Shown in pieces: positions 1 through 9,607 of a stretch of 34,728 nt of DNA. Position 1 is the stretch's first letter. The number at the start of each line of letters is the position of its first letter. The stretch lies in IMG/VR virus record IMGVR_UViG_2660237933_000001, one strand, 5' to 3'. Below the pieces are notes generated by a model. That model saw nothing but the letters and a program-made list of their open reading frames with translations. It was not told the origin of the DNA and did not search any database. The stretch is from a virus. Taxonomy: Duplodnaviria > Heunggongvirae > Uroviricota > Caudoviricetes. The position numbers and the translations under genes were made by a program.

Positions 1-483
1 ATGACGAAGAAAAAAGCACATAAACCTGGTTCAGCGACCATCGCGCTTAACAAGCGCGCCCGTCACGAATACTTTATCGAAGAAGAGTTCGAAGCGGGAC
101 TTGCCCTGCAAGGCTGGGAAGTTAAATCCCTGCGCGCAGGAAAAGCCAATATCAGCGACAGCTACGTCCTTCTGCGTGACGGAGAGGCATTTCTGTTTGG
201 CGCTAACATCACGCCAATGGCCGTGGCCTCCACGCATGTGGTGTGCGATCCTACCCGTACCCGCAAGTTACTTCTCAACCAGCGCGAACTGGACTCATTG
301 TACGGTCGCGTCAATCGAGAAGGCTATACCGTAGTGGCGCTCTCCCTGTACTGGAAAAATGCCTGGTGCAAAGTGAAAATCGGCGTCGCCAAAGGTAAGA
401 AACAGCACGATAAACGTTCAGATATCAAAGAGCGCGAATGGCAGGTGGATAAAGCACGTATCATGAAAAACGCCCACCGTTAA
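1..483 (+). CDS. smpB: SsrA-binding protein SmpB
   Basis: 160-aa ORF whose sequence ([30 protein letters not shown]...) I recognise as enterobacterial SmpB; located directly upstream of tmRNA as in E. coli. Confidence 0.95.
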
Positions 484-697
484 ACCTGCACTCCAATTAT
501 TGACCAGTTCCTCACCGCGCCTCCCTCTCCGGCGGCGCGAATGAACATCTTATTGGCTATCACATCCGACACAAATGTTGCCATCCCATTGCTTAATCGA
601 ATAAAAATCAGGCTACATGGGTGCTAAATCTTTAACGATAACGCCATTGAGGCTGGTCATGGCGCTCATAAATCTGGTATACTTACCTTTACACATT

Positions 698-1060
698 GGG
701 GCTGATTCTGGATTCGACGGGATTTGCGAAACCCAAGGTGCATGCCGAGGGGCGGTTGGCCTCGTAAAAAGCCGCAAAAAATAGTCGCAAACGACGAAAA
801 CTACGCTTTAGCAGCTTAATAACCTGCTTAGAGCCCTCTCTCCCTAGCCTCCGCTCTTAGGACGGGGATCAAGAGAGGTCAAACCCAAAAGAGATCGCGT
901 GGAAGCCCTGCCTGGGGTTGAAGCGTTAAAACTTAATCAGGCTAGTTTGTTAGTGGCGTGTCCGTCCGCAGCTGGCAAGCGAATGTAAAGACTGACTAAG
1001 CATGTAGTACCGAGGATGTAGGAATTTCGGACGCGGGTTCAACTCCCGCCAGCTCCACCA
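698..1060 (+). ncRNA. ssrA: tmRNA (transfer-messenger RNA)
   Basis: Begins GGGGCTGATTCTGGATTCGACGGG, ends ...GGGTTCAACTCCCGCCAGCTCCACCA; internal tag reading frame GCAAACGACGAAAACTACGCTTTAGCAGCTTAA (ANDENYALAA-stop) at 787-819; length 363 nt. Confidence 0.95.
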
Positions 1061-1070
1061 AATAAATCAA

Positions 1071-1102
1071 GGGGTTACGTGAAAGCGTAGCCCCTTTTTC
1101 TT
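1071..1102 (+). terminator. Rho-independent terminator downstream of ssrA
   Basis: Stem GGGGTTACG / CGTAGCCCC (one mismatch) with loop TGAAAG, followed by TTTTTCTTT. Confidence 0.55.
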
Positions 1103-1118
1103 TGGTAGTGGCGGCAAA

Positions 1119-1157
1119 ATGGCGACAGACTTTTGCGTCCATCTTGCCTGTCGCCAT
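1119..1157. promoter_or_regulatory. Candidate operator: 10-bp perfect inverted repeat ATGGCGACAG / CTGTCGCCAT
   Basis: Repeat arms at 1119-1128 and 1148-1157 separated by 19 bp, sitting 27-65 bp upstream of the ATG at 1184. Confidence 0.3.
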
Positions 1158-1183
1158 CTTGAAATCATGCAAAGAGGTTTCAC

Positions 1184-1666
1184 ATGGAAGAACTTCACTT
1201 TGTTTACATCAATGCAAATGGTCGTATCGCTGTTCACTCTATACAGAGCATCAGTTATAGCGAAAATCATATACAGGGCATTTGTAAGAACACCGATCGA
1301 ATAAAAACCTTCCGAAAAGACCGCATTCTTAAACAGTACGATTCACCAGAACAAGCCATTCAGGAATGCGCGTCATTCCTCCCCGAAAGCTACTCACATC
1401 TCACTAAGCAGTCTGGTCCGAAAAAAAATACATTCGATGTGTGTTTCACCGGATTTAAGAAAGCAGATAAAGAAAGATTGGTTGATAAGGCGAATGAACA
1501 AGGATTAACGGTAAGAACCTCTATAACCCAAAGCCTTCAGATGCTCTGTTGCGGTTACAATGCAGGCCCATCAAAAGTATCGGCAGCCAGGATGAAAGGC
1601 ACAATCATCATAGATGAGCCTGGCTTTATACATTTTCTTGAAACGGGTGAGATTCCAGATGAATAA
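1184..1666 (+). CDS. Hypothetical protein, N-terminal WYL-like region and C-terminal BRCT-like region
   Basis: 160-aa ORF with AGAGG 6 nt upstream of the ATG; N-terminal ...GICKNTDRIKTFRKDRI resembles the WYL-domain signature; C-terminal DVCFTGFKK...GLTVRTSITQSLQMLCCGYNAGPSKVSAARMKGTIIIDEPGFIHFL resembles a BRCT fold pattern. Domain calls are from motif memory only. Confidence 0.55.
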   Translation: MEELHFVYINANGRIAVHSIQSISYSENHIQGICKNTDRIKTFRKDRILKQYDSPEQAIQECASFLPESYSHLTKQSGPKKNTFDVCFTGFKKADKERLVDKANEQGLTVRTSITQSLQMLCCGYNAGPSKVSAARMKGTIIIDEPGFIHFLETGEIPDE

Positions 1667-1667
1667 A

Positions 1668-1685
1668 AACCTGCCGTAGCAGGTT
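1668..1685. terminator. Hairpin between convergent genes (likely ogr terminator, possibly bidirectional)
   Basis: AACCTGC-CGTA-GCAGGTT perfect 7-bp stem; on the minus strand it is followed by TTTTTATTC. Confidence 0.5.
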
Positions 1686-1692
1686 CTCTTTC

Positions 1693-1911
1693 TCAAAAAT
1701 TCATATGCCCCTGACCACCTGGCAATGGATGTGGAGGAGCAGTAGCAATCAGTGCGGGTGTCACAATAAACCGGACCACTGTTTCATGAGTAACAAAAGT
1801 GCTCCCGCAGTTAATATTTTGGCACTGGCAGTAACGCTCTTTGGTGCTTTCAGTTACTTGAAAACTGCTCCTTGTGTGTGCCGCATGACCACACTTTGGA
1901 CAATTCATCAT
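1693..1911 (-). CDS. ogr: Ogr/Delta-type zinc-finger late-gene activator
   Basis: Start chosen at the MM doublet (MMNCPKCGHAAH...KERYCQCQNINCGSTF...RFIV...PHPLPGGQ), giving about 72 aa with a CxxC...CxC...C pattern like P2 Ogr; the ORF track shows a longer 87-aa frame. Confidence 0.8.
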   Translation of the reverse strand: MMNCPKCGHAAHTRSSFQVTESTKERYCQCQNINCGSTFVTHETVVRFIVTPALIATAPPHPLPGGQGHMNF

Positions 1912-1979
1912 ATCCAGATCCCTACCTTTGCTATCAGAATCATTGTAATGATACACAAAATATCAATATTGAGAACACT

Positions 1980-3080
1980 TTATTCCATTTCAAGATCATC
2001 AATCTTCACTTCGAGTTCAATACTGGTTGTAAAACCGTTATCCGGGCTGACGGTATGTGTCAGAGTCGTAATGGTCCATTCCGCATCATCTATCGGCTGT
2101 TTAAAACCACTGACCTTCACAGGCATTTCCGTGTAGAGATCTGCCCGCCCTTCTGCCAGTTGTAGCGAAAATGACGCAACGCCGCGTTGCAGGCGTTCCC
2201 ACTGCATTTTCGCCGCTCGTTCGGCGTTGCTCCGGTTGGCATAAGTGCGATTAAGTACCAGCACGTTTTCATCCGTACCCACCAGGTAATCGCCCTGCTT
2301 CGCTTCTGGCTCTTTCTTCTGCTTCTTAGTTCTGCGCTTACGCTTCACCGTGGTGCTTTCTTTCTTCGCAGGTTCGCGGGTATGCAACCAGCTGGCAATT
2401 ACGCCCGTGTAGGCTCCGCGATCTGCCAGGGTAAATCGGTGACTGTCGCCGTCCTTGCGTGTGATAGTGATCACTGGCAGAGGTTTACCAGTGGCGCTTT
2501 TGCCCTGCCCCTGCCGGATGAATAACAGATTGCCATTTTTCACCGACGCGATGGCACCGTACTGTCGCGCCAGCCGCATCAGAAAACTGCCGTCACTCTC
2601 ATTAGTCTGGTCTATATGCTCCACGGGCTTATCCGACAGGTCTTTACCCAGTGCCATCTTCAGCTTGTGCCGCGCGGCTATTTCCTTCACCACTTCCCCG
2701 ACGGTGGTCTTATGCCACGATTTTTCACGGCGGGTATTCAGCGTTTCCCGAAAATCAGCACTTCGCGCCCGGATAGTCAGGCGGTCCGGTGCGCCAGTGT
2801 GTTCAATCTCGTCCACTGTGAATGCCCCTTTCGGGAAAAGCGGCTGCCCCTTCCAGCCCAGCGCCAGCGTAATAACCGCACCACGGCGCGGCAGCACGAT
2901 TTTTCCGTCAGCGTCATCCAGCTCCAGATCAAGCTGGTCCGCTTCAAAGCCCCGGTTATCCGTCAGCGTCAAACTCATCAGGCGGTTATCCAGCACAGTG
3001 GTGATATCCCTGCCCTCAATACTGATGCTGAATGCGGGAGTTTTGTTGCCTTTGTTAAGCAGTTCAGAGCTGAAATTCAC
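1980..3080 (-). CDS. D: Tail protein D (P2 gpD-like)
   Basis: 366-aa ORF, N-terminus MNFSSELLNKGNKTPAFSISIEGRDITT..., position and size as P2 gpD at the end of the FI-FII-E-T-U-D operon. Confidence 0.85.
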   Translation of the reverse strand: MNFSSELLNKGNKTPAFSISIEGRDITTVLDNRLMSLTLTDNRGFEADQLDLELDDADGKIVLPRRGAVITLALGWKGQPLFPKGAFTVDEIEHTGAPDRLTIRARSADFRETLNTRREKSWHKTTVGEVVKEIAARHKLKMALGKDLSDKPVEHIDQTNESDGSFLMRLARQYGAIASVKNGNLLFIRQGQGKSATGKPLPVITITRKDGDSHRFTLADRGAYTGVIASWLHTREPAKKESTTVKRKRRTKKQKKEPEAKQGDYLVGTDENVLVLNRTYANRSNAERAAKMQWERLQRGVASFSLQLAEGRADLYTEMPVKVSGFKQPIDDAEWTITTLTHTVSPDNGFTTSIELEVKIDDLEME

Positions 3081-3562
3081 GACAGCAGCCCTCCCACCGT
3101 TTTACTGATATCGCTTAAGGCAGACGTTGCCGTGTCCTGCAAATTATTCAGTTGCGCACTGAGATCACCGAACATATCGGACAGGGATTCATCCACTCGT
3201 TTGAGCGACAGGGTGAACTCAATCCGGCGCGGCATACCGTCGCGGAAAAACTCCGTTTTAGTCTGATTCAGTCCCTCAATCACATACATGCCGTAAATCG
3301 TGCCGCTGCCTTCAATCAGGGGCCATGCTTTCCCCTGTTCTGCCATCTGCTCCAGTGCCAGCAACGACAGCCTGCCGCCTGTTATTTCCGGCATAAGAAC
3401 ACCGGAAAGCGTCAGCATGTCGTTTTCCGGTCCCAGAAACTGCGTGGACGGACGTCGGTTTACCCGACTGTTTGCCGCATGTCGCCAGCTGCGTTGATAC
3501 TGCAGTTCCTGATACGGAACGGTGCGCAGCATAAACACGTACAATCCCAGCACCATCATCAT
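3077..3562 (-). CDS. U: Tail protein U (P2 gpU-like)
   Basis: 161-aa ORF overlapping D start and T stop by 4 nt; synteny and recalled similarity to gpU. Confidence 0.85.
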   Translation of the reverse strand: MMMVLGLYVFMLRTVPYQELQYQRSWRHAANSRVNRRPSTQFLGPENDMLTLSGVLMPEITGGRLSLLALEQMAEQGKAWPLIEGSGTIYGMYVIEGLNQTKTEFFRDGMPRRIEFTLSLKRVDESLSDMFGDLSAQLNNLQDTATSALSDISKTVGGLLS

Positions 3563-6500
3563 GCGTCGTATCCCCCCTGATCGCTGTAGTTACTCCTGGC
3601 TTTTGCCTTCAGCCTGCGTTCACGTTCATCAAGCTGGCGTGCCACCTCCCGCGCAATATCCTGCGCACTTTGTCCTGGCTGCGTCTGAATGATGATCTGC
3701 GTCGGTGCCTCAATCCGTTGAACGAGCGGCACAGTGGCTGCGCGACTCACAATTGCTTCTCCACCTTTCGCGGGAAGTGCCAAAGGGTGCAACGGTGGAA
3801 GCTCTGCTGGCGCGGCAGCAACGCCCATCATTCCGGCAACAACGGCAGCCAGTGCAGCTGTATTTCTCCGGCTGGTCACATTTGCCGGGCCGTTAACAAT
3901 TTCCGGCCCGTTTTCACCGACGATGCCAAACTGCCCGCGCGGGATATACCCACCGCTGTCATACATCCCCGCAAAGCCATATCCCCATGATGGAAAACCA
4001 CCCGATGGCATCATCACTTTACCGTCTGCATTCACCGTCGCAGGTTGCTGACGCGTCACGCTTTCCGGCAGTTTTGCCTTTGCGGCCTCTTTACTGACAA
4101 TGCCGAGCTTCTCCAGCAACCAGGAAACGCCGGATTTCAGGGAGTCCAGCGGATGCATGACCATATTCAGCCCTTCCGCCAGTGCCTCCCCGAATCGCCG
4201 CCCCATTGCCGCTGCGCTCTGCAGTTCGGCAGAGGTCGACTTAACGGGCGTCAGCAGATCAGTAAACCAGCCCCACAGCGCCTGCACTTTGTCGCCAATC
4301 CACTGGAACACGGGCTTAAGCGGTTCGAACGCTGCACTGATGGGACCTGCCGCCGCTTTGAATCCTTCCACCACGCCACCGAGAAATGCGGTGATGGGTT
4401 GCCAGTATTTCCAGACAACCAGCGCCACGCCCGCCAGTGCAGTAACCACAAGACCTATCGGACTGAGCAGAGCACCTAACAGACCAGATATGGCATACAG
4501 GGCAACGCGCAGCATCGCCAGCGGGCCGGATGCGAGCACACGCAGCACCGCGCCTGCGGCAGCCAGCCCACCGCGTAGTGCTGCCAGTGGATTCATAAAC
4601 ATCACAGCAACAGCACGTAAACCGGATAATCCAGACCGCAAAAGTGCAACCGGCGCACCTGCTACAGTTTTCAGGACATTCCCCATCAGTGATACCGTGC
4701 GACGCAAAGACGACAACGGAGCAGTAAGTAAACCCGCTGCGTTGCCCGATGAAGCAAGCCCGCGTCGCAGCAGTGCCAGTGGTGCGCCAGCCAGCCAGGA
4801 CAACGCGCTGCTGGTTCGAGTTACTGCTGCCGTAACGGAAGGTAACGTTTTGATACCCAGCACAGAGAATCCCAGACGGATCACTGCCAGCGGCCCCAGC
4901 ACTGCAGCCAGCGCCACCGCTAAGGTGCCGAGGCCTACGGTAACCGCAGCCACAACAGCCACTACTTTCATCAGTGTGCCTGTCAGTTCCGGGTTAGCTT
5001 CCACCCAGCGGCGCAACGCCCCCGTGACGCTTTTCACCGTGTACAGAATATCCATCAGCGGCTGGCGCAGCGTTTCGCCCAGGCTGCTGAAGGTGTTCTG
5101 CGCTCCGGTTTTGACCAGCAACCACTGAGCAGAAAGTGAGTCTTTGTTGATGTCGGATTCTTTCTGCATCGAACCGAGCGCATCATTGCCCGCTGTCAGT
5201 TTTAGCTGGCGCTGTAGTTCCGGCAGGTTGTTTGCCAGTTTCGCCGCGTCATCGCCAAACTCTTTACCAAACAACATGGTCATGGCAGACAGACGCTTGT
5301 CCTGCGGCAGTGCGTTCACCTTCTCCAGTACACGCTGGATGGTTCCCATCGCATCCTTCGTCATCTGCTTTTCAATCACTTCAGGATTGAGTTTCAGCAG
5401 ATTCATCCCTTCAAAGAAACTCTTGCTTTGCATGGTGGCAATGGACAATTCACGCACCATCGCGTTTGCTGCACTGGCTGCAACCTCCGGCGCAGCGCCC
5501 AGTGTCAGAAAGGTGGAACCCAGTGCCGCCGCTTTACGATAATCCAGACGGTCAGCCACACCGCCCAGACGTTGCATCACATCAATGATGTCCGCCCCTT
5601 TCGACATGGCGTTATCATCCAGATAGTTCAGCGCATCGCCGAGCTGTTCAATATTGCGGGTAGGTATTTTGTAGAGCTGGGCGATTTTCCCCAGACTTTC
5701 TGACAGTTCATCCGCTGGCAGCTCAAAGGCTGTTGCCGCCTTTGCTGCCGTACTGGCGAAGGCCAGCAGGTCACGTTTCTGGTCTTCCCAGCTGTCGTCA
5801 GGGTTTGCCACGTTCATGCGCGCACCACCTTCAACCAGTGCAGCGAAGTCCACCGCACCGTTTTCCATCGGCAACTGTTCGCTGGCAGCCTTGATGGCAT
5901 CCTGCATTTCGTAAAAACGCGCAGTGCGGTTGCCATTATCGTCACGCAGACCATTGACCTGCTTTGCCACACCTTTCATGGCATCTTCCATGCTGGCATA
6001 GCTTTTTACCGCCGCCATCACTGGCGCGCCCATTGCCAGCCCTGCAGCCGTGGTGGTGGCTCCGGCTCCTGCGATACGATCGCGCACTTCAAGCCGTCTT
6101 GAGTATTGTTCTCTGGCAGCGTTCATCCGTGCCTGTTGTTCACCCAGACGTTTAAGTGCTTTTTGCTGGCCCTCCAGTGCCTGCCTTGTTTCTTCAGCAT
6201 TTTTCTTAAGTTCTCGCTGGGCACTACTGAGTTGCCTGGTATCAATCCCTGATTCTTTAAGTGCCTGACGTTGTCTCTGGACCGCCCCCAACAAGCCGTT
6301 ATAGGTCTGCTGAAGTTCCTGTACTCGTGTTTTGGCCTGACTGAATAACTTTGCCTGCGCGGCGGTTGGCCTGTTAGTGGCAGCAAATTGTGTGGCGAGT
6401 TTTGCCGCCTCTTCGCGGGCTGCGTTCAGGTTGTTGGCTGTTATGGCTAGTTGCGAGCGCGTCTTGCGAAACTCATCAATTCTGCCAGCCTGCTTATTCA

Positions 6501-6636
6501 GTTCTTTGAGGCTGTTTCTGGTATTCTGAATTGCGCCAGCCAGCTCTTTCGAACTGGCCTGTGCAGCACGGAATGGGCGGGTGAGTTTGTCAACCGCATT
6601 AAGAATGACCTGCAGACGCAGGTTGTTATCACTCAT
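3559..6636 (-). CDS. T: Tail tape measure protein (P2 gpT-like)
   Basis: 1025-aa ORF with long coiled-coil N-terminal region and Ala/Gly/Leu-rich hydrophobic central region typical of tape measure proteins; follows E/E'. Confidence 0.9.
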   Translation of the reverse strand: MSDNNLRLQVILNAVDKLTRPFRAAQASSKELAGAIQNTRNSLKELNKQAGRIDEFRKTRSQLAITANNLNAAREEAAKLATQFAATNRPTAAQAKLFSQAKTRVQELQQTYNGLLGAVQRQRQALKESGIDTRQLSSAQRELKKNAEETRQALEGQQKALKRLGEQQARMNAAREQYSRRLEVRDRIAGAGATTTAAGLAMGAPVMAAVKSYASMEDAMKGVAKQVNGLRDDNGNRTARFYEMQDAIKAASEQLPMENGAVDFAALVEGGARMNVANPDDSWEDQKRDLLAFASTAAKAATAFELPADELSESLGKIAQLYKIPTRNIEQLGDALNYLDDNAMSKGADIIDVMQRLGGVADRLDYRKAAALGSTFLTLGAAPEVAASAANAMVRELSIATMQSKSFFEGMNLLKLNPEVIEKQMTKDAMGTIQRVLEKVNALPQDKRLSAMTMLFGKEFGDDAAKLANNLPELQRQLKLTAGNDALGSMQKESDINKDSLSAQWLLVKTGAQNTFSSLGETLRQPLMDILYTVKSVTGALRRWVEANPELTGTLMKVVAVVAAVTVGLGTLAVALAAVLGPLAVIRLGFSVLGIKTLPSVTAAVTRTSSALSWLAGAPLALLRRGLASSGNAAGLLTAPLSSLRRTVSLMGNVLKTVAGAPVALLRSGLSGLRAVAVMFMNPLAALRGGLAAAGAVLRVLASGPLAMLRVALYAISGLLGALLSPIGLVVTALAGVALVVWKYWQPITAFLGGVVEGFKAAAGPISAAFEPLKPVFQWIGDKVQALWGWFTDLLTPVKSTSAELQSAAAMGRRFGEALAEGLNMVMHPLDSLKSGVSWLLEKLGIVSKEAAKAKLPESVTRQQPATVNADGKVMMPSGGFPSWGYGFAGMYDSGGYIPRGQFGIVGENGPEIVNGPANVTSRRNTAALAAVVAGMMGVAAAPAELPPLHPLALPAKGGEAIVSRAATVPLVQRIEAPTQIIIQTQPGQSAQDIAREVARQLDERERRLKAKARSNYSDQGGYDA

Positions 6637-7065
6637 CGTTGGCCCCGCTTCTCTGAATCGCTTTATACCGCCATTCCAGCACTTCGGTCAGCGGCATAAC
6701 GTCAGTAACGGATGGCGGCCAGTGAAAAATGGTGGCGATATCTGCCACCAGATCGTCAACCGTCAGGCTGTCGGTAAACCGGCAAGCACCGACTTCTTCA
6801 ACAAAAAAGTGACAACCTCAACCGACATGGCAGTGAGATCTGCCGGGTCCATCTCTGCAATTTCCTGTGCAGTCAGTGCCGGGCTGGAGATGCGGGGGAT
6901 CACGGTCATCATCGCGTTCACATCCATATCCATAATGGCCTGCAGGCGTGTACCGCGTAGCGCACCAGACTGCGGTTTACGCAGCACAATTTCGGTAATT
7001 TCTGTTTTACCGCGCTTGATAGGGGTATCCAGTTGAATGGTCTTTTCAGTCTGCTTATCGCTCAT
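6629..7065 (-). CDS. E: Tail assembly chaperone E and its -1 frameshift product E+E'
   Basis: E is the 100-aa frame 6763-7065. A slippery heptamer T_TTT_TTG (plus strand CAAAAAA, 6802-6808) lies in the ACT TTT TTG codons; the -1 frame runs from there to a TGA at 6629-6631, overlapping the T start, as in P2 E/E'. Confidence 0.7.
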
Positions 7066-7119
7066 TTTGTTGTCCTGTGAATTGGGTTCTGGCGCGGAAT
7101 CCCGCGCCGTTCAGATACA

Positions 7120-7635
7120 TCAGAGGCCGAGGGCGTTGCGGTGCGCTTCCATCAGGTCCACACCGTCCACAATTTCCACCATGTTGATAAGGTCCACTTC
7201 ATAGAGCACCTCACCATTGATGGTCAGCTTCGCGTAGCTGTTGGTACTGGTCACTTTGGTGGTGTTGCTTTCGCCCGTCTTCCACTCACCGGAATCCACT
7301 TCTTTGTGACGTCCACGTACCACAAGCTCCACGGGCTGCACTTCCCCGGTATCGTCACGCTGGATAGAGCCGGTAAAGCGCAGCTGGATGCCATCCACCG
7401 TGGCTTTGCCCATCTGCTTAAACAGCAGCAGTTCAGTACCACCAATGGAAAATTCTGTATCCAGTGCACTGTCATCCAGTCCCAGATCCACATCCACCGC
7501 CCCCGGCATACCGCCGCCGCGATACTTCTCATATTTGCGGGTGAATTTCGGCAGCGTCAGCGACTCAACGATTCCCTGCCAGTTGTTCCCGTCGTTAAAC
7601 AGGTTCAGATGTTTTAATTTGCGTGGTAAAGCCAT
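7120..7635 (-). CDS. FII: Tail tube protein (P2 gpFII-like)
   Basis: 171-aa ORF MALPRKLKHLNLFNDGNNWQGIVESLTLPKFTRK... recalled as gpFII family. Confidence 0.9.
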   Translation of the reverse strand: MALPRKLKHLNLFNDGNNWQGIVESLTLPKFTRKYEKYRGGGMPGAVDVDLGLDDSALDTEFSIGGTELLLFKQMGKATVDGIQLRFTGSIQRDDTGEVQPVELVVRGRHKEVDSGEWKTGESNTTKVTSTNSYAKLTINGEVLYEVDLINMVEIVDGVDLMEAHRNALGL

Positions 7636-7644
7636 GTTGTCCCC

Positions 7645-8817
7645 TTACGCGCTGACCTGGCTGGCGAAATTCACCAGGTACTGATCGGTGATGCGCTGGC
7701 GCAGCATCAGATTTTCAAGTGGCGGCACTGGCGTGTAGTCGTAGTCGATGGTGAGTTTTCCGGCTTTAAGCGTGTCTTTGTCGTTCACCGACTCATCCAA
7801 CCAGCAATCACCACCAATGAGATAGCCCTGACTGACCAGGTTGCGCATTTTGGCGCGGATACCTTCGATAATGTCGCGGGCCAGCGACGGGTTCAGCGGT
7901 TTGTCCACCGCCCACATATGTGCTTCTGCCATTGTGTCCATCAGTACCTGCGCTGTGCGGGTGTAGTTTTCGAAGGCAAAAAGCGGATCATCGCTCAGAC
8001 AGCGGGAACCCCAGAAGCGGAAACCATCCTTGCGCACAAGCGTGGTGACGTCGTTCTGGTTAAGCAGTCCCGCATCGGTTGCCGGGTCCTGCAGATCCCA
8101 GAACACATCAGCAGAAATTCCGGTGACACCGTTCACGCCCACGTTGGACAGGCTTTTGTGCCACCCGGTCTGCTCATCAATTTTGGCACGCAGACCAAGC
8201 GCACGGGCGGTGGCATATGCCGTTGCTTCGGCATTCAGCACCGTGTCCCAGCCAGTAAAGTCGGGCCAGATCAGCATCCCTTCGCGCTGGCTGAAGTTTT
8301 CACGGTAAGTGATTGCCTCCTGCACAGTCTTGCAGCCATACGCTGACAGGTAAGCAAACCCACGCAGGCTTTGCGCCACACTCAGCAACTCAGTAGCTAC
8401 CGCCTTGGTGTCGTGACCTGGTACACCCAGAATGCGCGGTTTAACGCCGAGCTGTGACTGAGCAGATAACAGAGCTTTCATGCCTGTTTTTTTACCTTCA
8501 GCAGTCACTGCGCCGATGATATTGGTCGTGGTTTCTTCTTCCGTTTCACCCTGCGGCACACGCACAACAACGGTCACGGGTTTTGCCTGGTCAGCGATGG
8601 CATCCAGCGAACGGGCCAGCGTGCCGGACTCACCCGCTTTACCGCTGGCAGTCAGCACATCAGTGATCAGCACGGGTTTATTAAGAGGAAACATTTTTGC
8701 ATCGGCATCATCGCCCGTGCAGACCATACCCACGATGGCGGTGCTCACCGTGGTAATGGATCGGGTGCCTTCGTTGACTTCAACAACGCGCACCCCGTGG
8801 TGGTAATCCTGAGCCAT
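7645..8817 (-). CDS. FI: Contractile tail sheath protein (P2 gpFI-like)
   Basis: 390-aa [43 protein letters not shown]... recalled as gpFI family. Confidence 0.9.
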   Translation of the reverse strand: MAQDYHHGVRVVEVNEGTRSITTVSTAIVGMVCTGDDADAKMFPLNKPVLITDVLTASGKAGESGTLARSLDAIADQAKPVTVVVRVPQGETEEETTTNIIGAVTAEGKKTGMKALLSAQSQLGVKPRILGVPGHDTKAVATELLSVAQSLRGFAYLSAYGCKTVQEAITYRENFSQREGMLIWPDFTGWDTVLNAEATAYATARALGLRAKIDEQTGWHKSLSNVGVNGVTGISADVFWDLQDPATDAGLLNQNDVTTLVRKDGFRFWGSRCLSDDPLFAFENYTRTAQVLMDTMAEAHMWAVDKPLNPSLARDIIEGIRAKMRNLVSQGYLIGGDCWLDESVNDKDTLKAGKLTIDYDYTPVPPLENLMLRQRITDQYLVNFASQVSA

Positions 8818-8893
8818 AGTGGCGAACCTCCTGATTGGATTAGGCTTCGCCCTATGTTGAAGTGATTGTGCCTGACAAACAGCTAAGCGCAGT

Positions 8894-8911
8894 TGTACCG
8901 TTATTCACACA
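8894..8911. promoter_or_regulatory. Candidate late-promoter activator site (TGT-N12-ACA dyad) upstream of FI
   Basis: TGTACCGTTATTCACACA in the FI-invertase intergenic region; extended motif TTGTACCG-N5-CACACAAA is shared with the site at 20878-20899. Confidence 0.45.
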
Positions 8912-8959
8912 AAATGACGGTATTTGTCTGCTTTCAGGGATAATCAAAATAAAGCTGAT

Positions 8960-9526
8960 TCAGGGAGATTTATTGCTCTTATTTGCCGGAAGTTTTCGAT
9001 AAATGGTAGAAACGCCTACATCAAAAATCAGTGCAATACGCTGTCTTGATTCTCCGGCCTCGAGTAAACGTCCAATCTGTGCCCACTGTTCAGTGGTCAA
9101 CTTAGGACGGCGTCCACCTACTCTGCCTTTAGCACGAGCTGCAGCCAGCCCTGCCCGGGTACGTTCAACTATCAGTTCGCGTTCCATTTCAGCCAGGGCA
9201 CCCATGACATGAAAAAAGAAACGGCCCATTGGGGTACTGGTATCAATACTGTCAGTCAGGCTTCGGAAATTCACACCACGCTGGCGCAACTCTTCTATCA
9301 GCGTAACAAGATGCCGCATACTGCGCCCCAACCTGTCCAGCTTCCAGACAACCAGCGTGTCTCCTGCCAATAGTGTCCTGAGCAGTTTTTTAAGCCCCGG
9401 TCTGTCGGACTTAGTGCCACTGATTTTGTCCTCAAAAATCCGCTCACATCCCGCGCAGTTCAGCGCATTACGTTGCAAATCGGTGTTCTGGTCATTTGTT
9501 GACACGCGTACATAGCCAATAAGCAT
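8960..9526 (-). CDS. Serine recombinase, DNA invertase of the Gin/Hin/Pin/Cin family
   Basis: MLIGYVRVSTNDQNTDLQRNAL...GDTLVVWKLDRLGRSMRHL...DSIDTSTPMGRFFFHVMGALAEMERELIVERT is near-identical in pattern to Mu Gin; start placed at the second ATG (GGGAG 6 nt upstream). Confidence 0.9.
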   Translation of the reverse strand: MLIGYVRVSTNDQNTDLQRNALNCAGCERIFEDKISGTKSDRPGLKKLLRTLLAGDTLVVWKLDRLGRSMRHLVTLIEELRQRGVNFRSLTDSIDTSTPMGRFFFHVMGALAEMERELIVERTRAGLAAARAKGRVGGRRPKLTTEQWAQIGRLLEAGESRQRIALIFDVGVSTIYRKLPANKSNKSP

Positions 9527-9581
9527 GATCATCTCCCTGAATAAAAATAGGGGATGATGCCAGTTAGCCGTAATCGCTGCA

Positions 9582-9607
9582 TTTTCTTAAACGTTGGTTT
9601 GGGAGAA
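9582..9607. repeat. Inversion crossover site, left (hix/gix-like, 26 bp)
   Basis: TTTTCTTAAACG-TT-GGTTTGGGAGAA; inverted copy of the site at 11439-11464, sharing TTCTCCCAAACCAA. Confidence 0.65.

Noticed and set aside
1119-1304. 61-aa plus-strand ORF upstream of and overlapping the 160-aa ORF
   Set aside because: It overlaps the better-supported ORF starting at 1184 (which has an RBS) and spans the putative operator/promoter region.
2455-3266. Plus-strand ORFs of 216-217 aa overlapping D and U
   Set aside because: Antisense to recognisable tail genes D and U in the conserved late operon.
3670-5128. Several plus-strand ORFs up to 342 aa overlapping the tape-measure gene
   Set aside because: They are antisense shadows within a GC-rich, low-stop region fully covered by the 1025-aa T gene, with Ala/Pro/Arg/Ser-rich low-complexity translations and no start context.
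7091-7108. GC-rich hairpin GGCGCGG-AAT-CCCGCGCC between FII and E as a terminator
   Set aside because: No U-tract follows on the transcribed (minus) strand and it sits inside a co-transcribed operon; more likely an intercistronic structure, which cannot be resolved from sequence alone.
9554-9595. N-terminal 14 codons of the 138-aa ORF at 9554-9970 as an independent gene start
   Set aside because: This part lies outside the crossover site and reads through the recombination site; the frame is better explained as the silent alternative fibre C-terminus with no own initiation.
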